DNA of 64,000 bases from Naegleria gruberi (Eukaryota). This document shows, piece by piece, positions 40,925-53,078 of the stretch (within the stretch, counting starts at the first letter, position 1; every line of letters starts with the position of its first letter). The position numbers were made by a program, and so were the translations under genes. The notes beneath the pieces are model-generated. The model searched no databases and was not told the DNA's origin. It worked only from the letters and a program-made list of their open reading frames with translations. Location of the stretch: NCBI GenBank assembly GCA_000004985.1, contig GG738931.1; one strand, given 5' to 3'.

Positions 40925-42232
40925 TTACACAAACATTTGTTCAAATTCCTTTGAAACCTTAAATCTCATATAAATATCAGGAATTACAGTTGACATGACT
41001 TCATTCAAAACTTCATCAAATATAGACGAAATATTTTCAGAATTTGGATTCGATTCGAGTGCCTTCTTAATCTCCACTCTCTTAGCATCATTTGTATTGA
41101 TGAAATTTGGATTGTCAATGTTAGAGAGATAGTCAGCAAATACTTTTTTGGCAAATTGAAATTTGACATCTAGAGAATCTTTGGATTGTTTGAATTGATG
41201 CACTGTTTCATAGAAGGTAATGTTTTCTGCGTTCAGTTCTTTAAAGGCATAGACCTTGAAATACTTTCTCTTAGTTTCGTCTTGTAGGACGTCGTGTACA
41301 CTGAGTGAAAAATCCAATTTAGAATTTCGTTCAGAATCGGTTGTGGTTTTCTGAATGAAACAGATAAATGTCAATGTGGTCTTTGGTTTCATCATTTTTT
41401 CAACTTGCTTTTTAGCTTTACGAGTATTCTGAGCTTCCAGACGTTTGTACATTTCATTCGAAAGCATTTCAAAACTTGCCTTCTTTTTCTTTTTGGTCAA
41501 CTTGCACATTTGTGGACTTTTTCCAGCATTTCCCAAATCATCCAATAAATTACTTGATGAAGAACTACTAGAACTATCACTTTCCACAGTTAACAAATCC
41601 GAAAAGTCAAAAATCATTGAAGAAATGACATCTGGAGCATCACCAAATAAACCATGATTAAAACTCTGAATAACAGTTGAATCTCTAATGAGGAACATCT
41701 TTGGGACCACTAGGAAACTCTCCCCTTCAAACTGTTCCAATGGCAATCCCAACACTTGCCCAAATCCTTCATCCTTCTCAATCACTGCCAATTTTGGTAA
41801 AACTTGCGGAACATCCGGATGTTTAAACTCCACTCCGAAATGCTTTGCCAACAAGTGCTCCTTATCACACAACCTTATCATTTCCTTCAAGATTGGATTC
41901 GAATTATGATGCTCCTCCAAAATCTCCTTCACTTCTTCATCACTCTCCACATGAATCACCACCGGAATGATATTCAATTGTAAAAGTGATTTGTAAATTT
42001 TTGCAATTTGATAAAGTCGTCGATTACAAAAGGCACATCCACCAAATCGTAAGAATCTGCGGAAGATTAGTAAGCAATTGTGGTGTTGGGATAGTTGGGC
42101 AAGTGTTTTTCCATTGGAAGTTTTGAATTGTGTGAAAATTTGTTTCTCCACGAAAATGTCCGCTTTCGAATGGGAGTTTAGGTAGTTATCTGTTTTTGCA
42201 GAATCTGAATGGGTTGAAATCATGGGATCCAT
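40925..42232 (-). CDS. Fusion protein: N-terminal PRXL2/FAM213-like thioredoxin-fold domain (CxxC) plus C-terminal RGS domain
   Basis: N-terminus LIFRRFLRFGGCAFCNRRLYQIAKIYKSLLQLNIIPVVIHVES, compared with PRXL2 AVRRPGCFLCREEAADL...LGVPLYAVVKE. C-terminal ~120 aa shows the RGS pattern (ENITFYETVHQFKQ...FQFAKKVFADYLS...IYMRFKVSKEF). A Ser-run linker lies between them. Confidence 0.65.
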   Translation of the reverse strand: MDPMISTHSDSAKTDNYLNSHSKADIFVEKQIFTQFKTSNGKTLAQLSQHHNCLLIFRRFLRFGGCAFCNRRLYQIAKIYKSLLQLNIIPVVIHVESDEEVKEILEEHHNSNPILKEMIRLCDKEHLLAKHFGVEFKHPDVPQVLPKLAVIEKDEGFGQVLGLPLEQFEGESFLVVPKMFLIRDSTVIQSFNHGLFGDAPDVISSMIFDFSDLLTVESDSSSSSSSSNLLDDLGNAGKSPQMCKLTKKKKKASFEMLSNEMYKRLEAQNTRKAKKQVEKMMKPKTTLTFICFIQKTTTDSERNSKLDFSLSVHDVLQDETKRKYFKVYAFKELNAENITFYETVHQFKQSKDSLDVKFQFAKKVFADYLSNIDNPNFINTNDAKRVEIKKALESNPNSENISSIFDEVLNEVMSTVIPDIYMRFKVSKEFEQMFV

Positions 42233-42560
42233 TATTGTTAGAATGATGATGTTTAGGTTTTTTTTTGATAAGTATTTTTGGAACGGCTGCCAAAGTCATA
42301 CTTGAAGACAGCTAGTGGTGAATATTCTTAGATGAGGACCATTTGTTCGCATGCAACAGATTGGAGAATCCCTTATTTCCTATTGCTTCATGTGCCTGTG
42401 TCCGTTCATTCGTTTTTATGGAGATAAGTTGCCTGCCAACTGTCAAACTAAAAATTCTAGAATTGTCCTTGGCATTTATTTGATATTATTGATTGAATGT
42501 TCTGTAGTGATGATTATATTTTGTAAATAACAACACGTATTTTGATCAAAGTAAAAAAAA

Positions 42561-43996
42561 ATGTCAAAATTGGCTGGAGACGAAATTTATCAAATTTTAA
42601 CATTTTTCATATCGGAAGGAATATCAATTGTTAACATCTATTCGTTGGTTAGCAAACAATGGAGGGAAGAATGCATGAAAATTCCTATCAAAGTGAAAGT
42701 TTATTCTCATTCGAATATTTCCAAAAATGTAGAAAAGTTTCGAATAACAGATTTGACTTGGTCCAGCCAACGGGATCAATTCTTTCACACCGAAACACTT
42801 TCTCAATTAAATTTGCCCTACCTGACCACTCTGAATGCCTCATATGAGTTTAGAGTCGATGAAAAATCATTGAAATTGTCTCTCCTCATGCAAGGCAATT
42901 TTATTCGAAATTTGAAAGAATTAAAACTTGATTCGTGGCCGTTGGGATTGAATGGAGCCAGAATTTTATGTAAGAGCAGTGTAGATTTAGTCAATCTGAA
43001 AGTTTTGGACCTTTCGTTTACAAATTTGGGAGATGAGGCAGCGTGTGAAATTTTAAATTCGAATTTCAAGTTACAGACCTTGATTTTGAAATGTTGTAAT
43101 ATCGCAAGAATTACATGAATTGCGAGATGGAAAGTTTGGAAAGTTTGAATTTGCTTGGGAACAAATTACTTGAGGTGCAAGTTGGAGAAAATTTGCCAAA
43201 TATTTCACATTTAAACATTTCGAATAATTTTAATTTGAGTGATACTTCCTTTTTGAAATCCTTTCCAAAATTGACAAATTTGGAAGCGAATAGAAATTTA
43301 GGATTTGAGAATTTGAATGAAACTCTAAATTCCATGACCTGTTTGAAATCTCTCAGTATAACTCAGTGTTTAAAATGGAGAGGTTCACTTGGTCAACCAA
43401 TTTTAAAGAATCTTGAATTTTTGGATATTACAGATTGTGGATTTTCAATCAAGGTTATGTTTAATAATGGAATTGATACCTTTTCAAATATTACTCGCTT
43501 GAATATGGATAATTATTTGTGTATCACTGATTGTGAATTTATTGGAAATGGACTAGCTCTGAGAAATTTGAAACATTTATCAATTAATAGATGCAAATCG
43601 TGGTGGGATTTTGAAAAGATGCTACTTGGTCCTAATATGTCAAATTTGGAAACTCTCTCACTCGAATCATGCCATATTGGAATTCAAGGATGTAAATTAA
43701 TTGCTCAAAGTTCAACTCTGACTCGATTGACCAAACTCAATCTTTCCAATAATTTAATTAAGGATGAAGGATGTGCAATTCTATGCCAATCTTCAAATCT
43801 TCAACATTTAATTTCCTTGGATATTAGTTGGAATGAATTGACCACTTGTTCACATTTGGCAAATAATCAATATTTTGTAAATTTAATTGAATTGAAATTT
43901 GAAAATCGAGTGAGTGGAGATAATGATCCAATGAATGATAAACATCTTCTTGAAACATCACCCCATCTTTCTAAATTGAAAAATTACAAACAATAA
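42561..43996 (+). CDS. F-box / LRR (RNI-like) protein, interrupted by an apparent +1 frameshift near 43100..43117 (possible pseudogene or sequence error)
   Basis: F-box-like DEIYQILTFFISEGISIVNIYSLVSKQWREE. LRRs occur in both ORF segments (42561..43118 and 43115..43996). The frame switch is confined to ~18 nt with no room for an intron. Confidence 0.55.
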
Positions 43997-44116
43997 AAAA
44001 ATGGGCTATCAAACTTAAAAACCAAACAACATTAAGGATAGCACCATACTAAATAGATTTAATAGGATATTGGTATTCGTAACCATGTAAACAAATGTAT
44101 ATTTCTCTATTGACAA

Positions 44117-45106
44117 TTACATAAATTGCTCAAAATCAGAATAGTGAACTACAGTATCTGAAACACCTGCAGACAATGCAGGACTAATTGTCAAAATAAC
44201 AAACAACTGGATCAATTCAGAACTTTTCAATTTTCCCATTTCTAGCTTTCTAACAATTTCCTTAAACTTTTTAATATCTAGCTTGAAACGCTTTCCACGA
44301 CCCTTTTCCATTTCGAATAAAAATTCATCAGAAGATTGGTCAGAATCTCTATAATTAATAAAAATTTTACCAGAATGATCATCCAGTCTAATAACTCCCT
44401 CAAATTTAACACTATATTCATTTCCTTTAAAATTGTAAGCAATTATTGTGAATATGGTTTTAAATAAATCGCCCACTGTTTGAGATTCGAGTTTGACAAT
44501 ATGTACAAAAGAATTGTACTTTTCAAAAATCTCTGAAAATCCTTCCCACTCTGAAAAACCACATTCAGATTCTTCCCAATAATAAACCGAATCCACCAAA
44601 TCAAAGTTTAGAGCTTTTGTTCTCTGGAATTGAATATAAATCTTAAAGTAATTTTCATCATTGTTGTCGCCATTTTCAATTCCCAAACATGATAAATACT
44701 CAGCTTTCCATGCTCCATTCAATTCTTCAAGAATAATTTGTTTCCATCTCTTGCAAATAATCAACATTTCACAAATATCATCCACTTCAAGAAATTGTAA
44801 AACATTCCACATGATATCCGAAAGATCCATCAATTTCTTCCATTCTGATTCGCAAGATGCATCTTCATAGAGTGGTACAATCTTTTTCGATGGTTTTTCA
44901 ATTATTTCCCGATCGTGGTCATGACGATTCTTTCTCTTCTTTTTAGATTTTTCTTGAATTTGTTCTAATTGTTCAATTTGTTGATGAATTTTCCTTGTTT
45001 TCCAATCAATAGCAGTGTTTAGTTTGTATTTAATTCCCTTGATGAGAAAGAAATGTTCGGATTGCTCTTGATCCATTGAAGGAGTTGCATCTTCATGTTT
45101 CTCCAT
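44117..45106 (-). CDS. F-box protein (unknown C-terminal domain); an alternative upstream ATG at 45148 is possible
   Basis: F-box LSDIMWNVLQFLEVDDICEMLIICKRWKQIILEEL. Continuous ORF. Confidence 0.5.
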   Translation of the reverse strand: MEKHEDATPSMDQEQSEHFFLIKGIKYKLNTAIDWKTRKIHQQIEQLEQIQEKSKKKRKNRHDHDREIIEKPSKKIVPLYEDASCESEWKKLMDLSDIMWNVLQFLEVDDICEMLIICKRWKQIILEELNGAWKAEYLSCLGIENGDNNDENYFKIYIQFQRTKALNFDLVDSVYYWEESECGFSEWEGFSEIFEKYNSFVHIVKLESQTVGDLFKTIFTIIAYNFKGNEYSVKFEGVIRLDDHSGKIFINYRDSDQSSDEFLFEMEKGRGKRFKLDIKKFKEIVRKLEMGKLKSSELIQLFVILTISPALSAGVSDTVVHYSDFEQFM

Positions 45107-45229
45107 TTTTTTTTGTGTGAAATGTAAAAGATTTTTCACACTTTGCATTTATGATGATTGAAAGAAGGTTACAAATTTCAAAAGTCTGGACAACTCAAGA
45201 TTCTTCAAATAATTGATTCTTTGTTTTTT

Positions 45230-46308
45230 TTAATACAAATATGGAATCATACACTTGTCAACAAGGGATGGATTGTAAAGCCAATCGACATGATAAACAT
45301 TTGGTACAACAATTCTTACCAATCTATTTTCCTCATTGAGGGTTTTCAATCCAAAGACATCATTTTGATAGATTCGTTGTTGTTCCATTGGAATCATATC
45401 CAAACCTCCGGTTGAGTTGACTTGATAAAATTCAAATAATGCAGATTGATAAGGAACGATAATGTCATCTTGTGGACTACCTGTCAAAACCATCTTGTCA
45501 ATTCTCAACATGTTTTCTCTATAATTCAATGTTCTTGCATAATCAACATCTGTGTCATTATTTACAATAGCAAGAAATTGGATTGGCAAATGACATTGAA
45601 GATTGACCTTTGGCAGTATAGAAAATTTTGTAAACATCTTCAAGGGCTGTGTTAAACAAGAATGGGAACATTTGTTTCAAAAAACCTTCAAATTGAAATC
45701 CGACAGGAACTCCATATTCACCATTTTGAACTATTTTCATTAACATTTCCACACAAAAATTCAAAAACTAACCTCCACTCAATGAAATAAACACCTTCAC
45801 ATTATGATCAGGAGTTGTTTGAAGATAGGAACGACAAATCAATCCACCCTGTGAATGACAAATCAAATGATGATCAGTAATTCCAAAATTCTTCTTTACA
45901 ATATTAATTTGTTTTCTGAAATCTTCCAATTGTGCAGATACTGGTGTCAGAACTGATGAAACCATTCCCTCCGAAGGAATAGAATAAACAATCGTACCAG
46001 GAGGAACACGTTCTTTAATCATGTCCCTTAAAGCCTTCAATGTATTATTTCCACATAAAATTCCGTGCATTAACAAGATTGGAAGAAATGGTTTGTTTCC
46101 AGCTCCTCCCTTCTTAATTGTTGTAATATATTTGTTATTTGTATTAGTATTACTACTACTATCAGTATTAGTTGCTCCAATAATAATTGGTTTAATAGAT
46201 AAACCTTCCGAATAATTTAAAAGTGCCAGAAAGGATAACACCAACACTAACTGTGAGAATGCGTAATGATGATGGTGATGTGAATTTCACTGTTTCTCGT
46301 GAGCGCAT
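45230..46308 (-). CDS. Palmitoyl-protein thioesterase (PPT2-like lysosomal thioesterase); at least 4 exons with very short introns
   Basis: Signal peptide after splicing the 40-nt first intron (MRSRET|LVLVLSFLALL). GxSxG lipase motif ICHSQGGLI. Blocks ISLSG / QNGEYGVP and MVLTGSPQDDIIVPYQSALFEFYQVN...FGLKTL align to PPT2 ISLSSPQMGQYG and [26 protein letters not shown]...FGLKTL. Confidence 0.65.
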
Positions 46309-46421
46309 TTTTTTCTGGTGTTGGATATCAAGCTGTTGTAAACCGGAGTTCAGTGTCCGGAAATAAGGATTTAGTGTTGGTGGTTGATGTTTATTAAGTG
46401 GTTTTTAAATTTAAAAATGAT

Positions 46422-48300
46422 TTAGTCATCGAGAAGGGATGAGTTTTCGTCCTTTTCTTGAATGAGATTGGCCAAATAGGCCTGACTCTTTTCTCTGTGG
46501 AGTTTTTCATTGGCCATTCTCTTGTATTTTCCTCTAAAGATGGAGGTGAGAATAAAACTGAGACAGAGGAGGGATAAGTCAATCCAGAGAATGATTTGAA
46601 TGGATCCATTGTTGGATACCTTTGCATTTGGTGTAGTTTGCAAATGTACTTGTTGAATAATATCCAAAATTACTAAAATAATACCTGCAGTGACTGTACC
46701 AGCTCCATAAATAATTGAAGTAGAAGTACTGGCTGGAACTGGATAAGTAACTTCACAACCCATTTCCAAACAAAGTGGAACTGTTGGTACTGAAAACATA
46801 CCCAATATAGCAAGGCAAAGGCAAGCCATGTAGAATAATAAAGTAGTCTTCTTCCATAACATGACAACTGCAAATCCAGCAAAACCTAAAGTTGCCAAAA
46901 ATCCACATGATGCAGCCAATAATTTGTACTTTTTGGTTCTATCAGCAACGACACCAACCACGGTAGCTCCAATAATACCAAAGAAAATTACAGTGATGCC
47001 AAAAATGGAACCATCATATGGTGTGTAACCCTTTGGAACAATAATTTGGTCAATCAGTGCAACAAATGATTGCAAGACTGAATAACCAACAGAGTAAGCA
47101 GCTGCTAGAATGAGGAAATTACAATTTGTGAGTACCTGTTTAAGATCTTGGAAGAATGAATGTTGAACTACTGGAATGATAGCTTCAGATGTTTCTCCTT
47201 CAATTGGATTTTCATTGATGGAAGTTGGTTCTCTGAGAGCTTCTTCAGGAGCTTGAAAATATGGTGGTGTTGGTGGTTTATCCTTGAAGAATGCAACACT
47301 GCATGTCATTAAAATTGTTGCCAAGGCAGCTTGACCTCCCAACATGATAAGCATACCATACTCTGAGCCAGTCCAATATTCACCAGATTGTGAATCTTCT
47401 GTCAATCCAAGTAAAAATGGTCCAAATCCAAAAGCTGCACCACTTCCTAAAATACCCATAAGAGTACCAATGGTGGTAGCAATTGTTCTTTCCTTTTCTC
47501 CAAACCAATTACTATTATTTTCAAAAATTTTCATTATGTGAAATATTTCGGAATGTGTGAAATTTCAATATTTCAAAATAATATTCAAAATTGAAACAAA
47601 CCTTGCAAGTAATGTTGGAGCATTGGAAATTAAAGGCTGTGCAATAGCACACAGTGCTTGACCCAGGAAGGCAACCCAAAAGAACAATTCTTCTCCTTTC
47701 TATATATTAAACTTGTCACCAATTTCAAACCGAATATTAAAACAACGTACCTTATAACCTAAACAACGAACCCAACCTCCCACAAAGTTGAGTATCGAAG
47801 CAATTAAAATTGAAGTTCTCAAACCATGTTTCTTCATCACATATGAACTAATTGAAGTCATTGGCACATAGAAAATTAAATAAATTAAAGTCATCATGTT
47901 AATCTTCCAGGTAGCATCTGGCATATTCCAATATAAAAGAGCAATTGTACTATATTTCCGATTAAAATTGTTAATTGATATGTTCATCAATGATGTGAAG
48001 AAATATTTACCTGATGGAAGAAAATGTTGTCTGAAAGAGTGAACACAAAAAGTTAGAGAAGGAGAAGAGTAACAACACTAGCCAACGTTTCTTATAGAGT
48101 GTTGGTTCGGGCAGTGCCAATTCATTCTTTGTTTGTACTTGCTTCTTATTTCTGAAAAAGAAGGATCTCAACTTGCCACTGAATGTTTGTAATTCCTCAC
48201 CAGATGGAACCACTGTTGGTTGATGATCCTCCACTCCACAACAGGAACCCTTCATCTTTTTGTCCACACCTCCATTCTTCTTCTTTTCTGATTGCAACAT
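46422..48300 (-). CDS. MFS transporter, FLVCR/DIRC2-like; 3 or more exons
   Basis: KRWLVLLLFSFSNF... and multiple TM segments across three ORF blocks. A GTAAAT donor follows ...TTFSSI. The family call rests on resemblance to the FLVCR N-terminal consensus. Confidence 0.55.
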
Positions 48301-48927
48301 GATTTTGTTTCTTCTTGTTCGGGTGAAGTTGTTGTAGTTGCTGTCATTGTTTATATAATATATCAACAGACACAAAAGTATTCTAATAAATGTTCTCTCC
48401 AATTGAGAACCAATCTCTCGGTGTGATCAAAATTTCAAAATCAAACACAAAAAGCCTTCTTCGCGTTTGCAATCTAAACCTTTAACTTGATTTTTTTCAA
48501 GTTAAAAAGACCGTTAGGGAAAATGCAGGGAAAAATTATTCTCTCGAGCAAGCGAAAAATATTCAGGCTTTGAAAAAAGGAGGCACCACCGTAGTAAGGA
48601 GTCTTTTTTTCGATATTTATTATCATTGAAAGCTTATCAGAGAGTGGTGAGGATGGAGAAGTGATTCATTGAAGGTCATGCTGTTTTATGAAATGTTTCA
48701 TTGTTTGTTGTAGATCATGATGATTGAGGTTTGATGAGGAGGAGTTATCGGATCAGTTCTCTTCGGAGTGAGGGTAAAGGAAAATTGCAGATAATCAAAT
48801 TATTGTAATTAATATTCATGAGAATTTTAATTTATTATTCAATGTTTTGTATTTTCATTTGAAAATAATATTGTAATATTTAAAATTATTAATATTTAAC
48901 AATTATAATATTAAATTAATCTAAATA

Positions 48928-50882
48928 TTGAATTTTAAAAAAAATAATCATCACCAACTTGTTTCCATCACCATGCGAGTGACCGTTCCTGTGGTCCATC
49001 AAGAATCAGAAATCCCTCCCGAATTCAAACATGAAGACAATGATGAATATTGGTGTTTCCTAACAAACTTTGAATTTAGGGATTCAAGAACAACTTCATT
49101 GAAGAGTCCCGAATTTATTACTGAGAAGGGAGTTTCTCTCATGTTGACTGGTTATTTACTAACACCCGAAGAATATAAATCATCTCCTGATGAGAAGGGT
49201 GAATATTTTGTCAAGATTGTTAATTTAAGACAATGGGCTTTTGACCATGAGGATGAAACGAGAGGAATTTGGGTCGAATCTAAGAGACATTGGTTTAAAT
49301 TGATAAAGCCAACAAGGGAATTTAAAGTAATTTATGAATCGTTTGAGAAGAAGAGTAATATTTGGTTGGATTTACGACCTGTATTGACGAGATGGATTAA
49401 AAAGTTTGATAAATGTTCGGATGAAGATGTGAAAGCAGTGATAAATGATTTAACAATGGAATATGTGATGAAATCCATGAAAGTGAAAGGACATAGTGAG
49501 GAGGAGCTTATTGAAAATGCATTCTTTATTCATGATAAGGCAGTTCAAGATTTTGATACCTTTTCATTTGAGGACTCGTCAGAAAATCAACTTCTTAGAA
49601 CACCTTTTATGAAGGATTTGTTGGAATTGTCTTCTGAAAAGTCTAAAATTCCCATTATTGCTAAATCTCACTCAGTTGATAAAAAGGGGAAAGAAAAACA
49701 GGTTGTGACTGAAGAGGATTTTTCCTCTGATGATGAGGATATGGATGTAAAGATTGTTATAGACGATTGTTCCTCTTCAGAGGATGATGATGATGAGGAG
49801 TACTTTGTCACAGTTAAAGCTGGCCTTGAGGATGAACATAGTAAGGATGAACATGATGATGATGATGACGACTATGAGGAAACGTTAAAGAAAAAGAGAA
49901 CGAGTTCACAAGCAGCTAAAAGAAATACACCAGAAAAGAAGAGGCCATATGCTCGTAGAACCTCTAAAAAGAGAACACCAACAAAGAATGTTGACAACTC
50001 TGAGAATCAAAAAGAGATTGAAAAAGTCACACCTAAAAAGAGAAAAGAATCGACAATTAGTAGAGAAACTAATGATGACGATGAGGATTTCAATGAAAGT
50101 GAGGAAGAATACAGTTCTGAAAATGGAAAAACCAAACAAAAACGAAGGAAATTCGAAAAACCAAGAAAGGCTACTGTTTGTTATTTCCGTGAATATACTT
50201 CACAACCTGGTGTTCCAACTATGGAGGAGCTATTGAATCAAGAATTCACACCTCGTCTTATTACACAACTCAGTACTAAATATGAACCAGGTCTTGCGAT
50301 TCCAGGTTGCTTCAATTGTCACAGAAAGAGAATTATGTGTCTTAAGGAAAGACCAATTTGTTCTCATTGTCTTGAGGATGGGCTCTATTGTGAATACCCA
50401 TCAGCGTTGAAAGTTTGTCGTAAGTATTATTTAAATTCTTCTTGTTGTTCTCACTCTAATTAGCATGCATACCGTGTTCTTTGAAATCGCAAAAGGTTTG
50501 CAATAGAGAACTTCCTTGCAATCATTGTGAGAATGGTGAATGTTATTACTTTACATCAGATAATGGATTGCTGATTGGAGAAATGAAAATTGCAGCTCTA
50601 AAAGAATTATATGCTAAGATTGATGAAGAAAAAGCTGCAAAGGAACAATCCAGTAGTGATATTCTTGATAATTTGATAAAGGAAACAGCTCAAACAGCTG
50701 AACCTGAAGAGGTTGAGATAGTTGAGGAACATAATGAAGAACTAGAAAGAAATAGAGAACGAGCAGCTGCTCTTAGAGAAGAAATCAAGAAATTGAAAAA
50801 GATTGCCCAACAAGAGACAGCTTTAAATGAAAGGAAAAAGAAAGAATTGAAAGAGATATTTAATTCTTTGAGCTCAAAGTAG
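48928..50882 (+). CDS. Nuclear protein with an acidic/basic low-complexity region, tandem Zn(2)-C6 fungal-type binuclear cluster domains and a C-terminal coiled coil; 2 exons (intron ~50424..50467)
   Basis: CFNCHRKRIMCLKERPICSHCLEDGLYC = C-x2-C-x6-C-x6-C-x2-C-x6-C. Second cluster CIPCSLKSQKVCNRELPCNHCENGEC follows a GTAAGT...TAG intron. K/R-rich NLS-like runs are present. Confidence 0.6.
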
Positions 50883-52902
50883 AGGCCAATTTCTCTCGCA
50901 TTGATTTGAGATAATTAAGGCATTGTAAAGCAGTCCATCTCTTTTGAGGTTCTACAAGCATATTCATGAGTAGCTCCACAAATGATTCGGCAACATTAGC
51001 ATCAACCTTTCCGTAAAAAATCCTCACTTCCTTTGAAATTTCATCGATATAGTTCTGATATCCTAGCTGAACTTTGAGAGCATGAGGGAATCGAATATTG
51101 AGGGTAATCATTTCATAAAATACAACACCTAATGACCAAATATCAACTTCATATGAATATCCAACATCGTAATTATTCTCAATTTCTGGGGCTGTATAAT
51201 TTGTCGAACCGCAAATGGTGTGAGCTTTTTCACCCTCATGAATACTTCTCGAAAAACCAAAATCTCCAATCCTTTTTACGTTTGTTAGGCATGATTGATT
51301 CGAAACTAATCAAACTTACTTGATTCGAAAATTCTCATCAAAGAATAAATTTCTCAATTTCATATCTCTGTGAACGACATGATTTAAATGCAAACAGTGC
51401 AACCCTTTACATGTTTCGTAAAACTTTTCTACCAACATGGCTGGAGAAATATACTTTCTTGGTTGCGCCTTGAATCTGTTTTCCACTGTTTGGTATAAAT
51501 CTCCTTTAGGATAGAGAGGCATTACTAAACAAATCTGGAACTGTTGCTTGGAAGAGTCTGCTGCATCATTATGATCCAGTTTACACATGAAAATATCCAA
51601 ATATTCCACTAAATTTTCGTGTTTGATGAGTTTGGTGGTTGTTGCTTCTCTATATGCTTGGTTGGATTTATCTAAACCTGTACTCTCGATGATTTTCATA
51701 GCTTTAGTAGTTCCGTCCTGTAAATCTTTAACCTAGTAATTGAAATAATTGTAAGATCTAGAACTGTGGCACAAAATAATACATACTTTCAAGACAGTAC
51801 CAAAGCTTCCTTTACCTATTCTACCACCCACTTGATATCTGGAATTGTAAACTCCTCCTACTGGTTTTTCAGCTATTGGTATTTCTTCCAAAGTTTGTGC
51901 ATTAAAATTGAATGCTGTCAGCACAAGTTTCAGATTAGAAACTCCTAATGTATGAGCTAATTCAATTGTTTTTTCAAGGGTAGATTGTGTTGAAAAGTCC
52001 AACGACTCGATTTTTATGGTAAATTGGCTCAATATTTCTAAGAAAATATTAAATATTTAAATTTCACACAAATACCTACCACTATGTTCAATTGAATCAT
52101 CACTTGTTCGTAAATTGACAGTTATTGATTCTTGGGCTGTCACTGAAATGAATAATTCTTCATTCCAAATTATATTATCATATTCTACACTCGTTTCCGA
52201 TAATGAACTATAGACCTTTCTATTAGAATCCAACCCAGATGCCACCTCCACAAATACAAATTTTTTACACAATCCACTTGCGACTTTCTCTCCATTCATT
52301 AACATTACTTTGATTATTGATTCTCCTCCTTCAACAGCCTTCTCCACAGTTTCGTATTTCTTGGAGAGACTTACTTTGGTTTTAATTTGTTCAATTGGCA
52401 TTGTTATTCTCGATTCAATTCCACTACTTGTTGATAATTTAGGACTAGTTGATAATAACTTATTCGGAAATGGTGAAGTGGCTGTCAATGGTGATTTTGG
52501 AGATGGAGAACTCACTGTAATGAGCACTTCATTTGGTTGTGCTACACTTTCATGTTGTTGTTGTTCCAAGCATTCGTTGTTTAAATCACCACCCGATGAA
52601 TTTCTTCCCATTCTCATCAATAGAGCACTCGATGAAGAGGGTACATCTCCCTCATTACTATTTTGCAAACTCGTACTAGTATTAGCAGCAGCAGCAGCAG
52701 TACCACTACTATTGTGTACAATGATTTGATTATCGGAACCAACTAATTTAATTTTAAATTCATCATCACCATTGGAGGATGAAGGTGCCTTCCATGATCG
52801 ACGTTTCTTATCATTACTACTGGTTGTTGCTGTTGTCGTGTTGGGATTTGATGATGGTGATGGCATGGGCGAACCACCAAACGAAAACGAAGATGAAAAC
52901 AT
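50860..52902 (-). CDS. Ser/Thr protein kinase with a Ser-rich N-terminal region; 4 or more exons
   Basis: Glycine loop GRIGKGSFGTV. Catalytic loop VHRDMKLRNLFFDE. DFG-like IGDFGFSRSI. APE-region TAPE...DIWSLGV. The motifs are spread over ORFs 52057..52902, 51733..52032, 51316..51699 and 50860..51111. Confidence 0.8.
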
Positions 52903-53078
52903 TTTGTGATTTTTTTAAAATACAAAAAAAAAATAAGAGCGCTTGATGATTTGGCGTTTCTCAGAGTTTCAGGATGTTACACAACATGAAGATTTTAACA
53001 ATGTTGTTGATAATTTGTTAGTTTGTTACTTGTTCTAGAACAATGTTGGTGTGAATAAATGATCATGGTGTGATGAAT

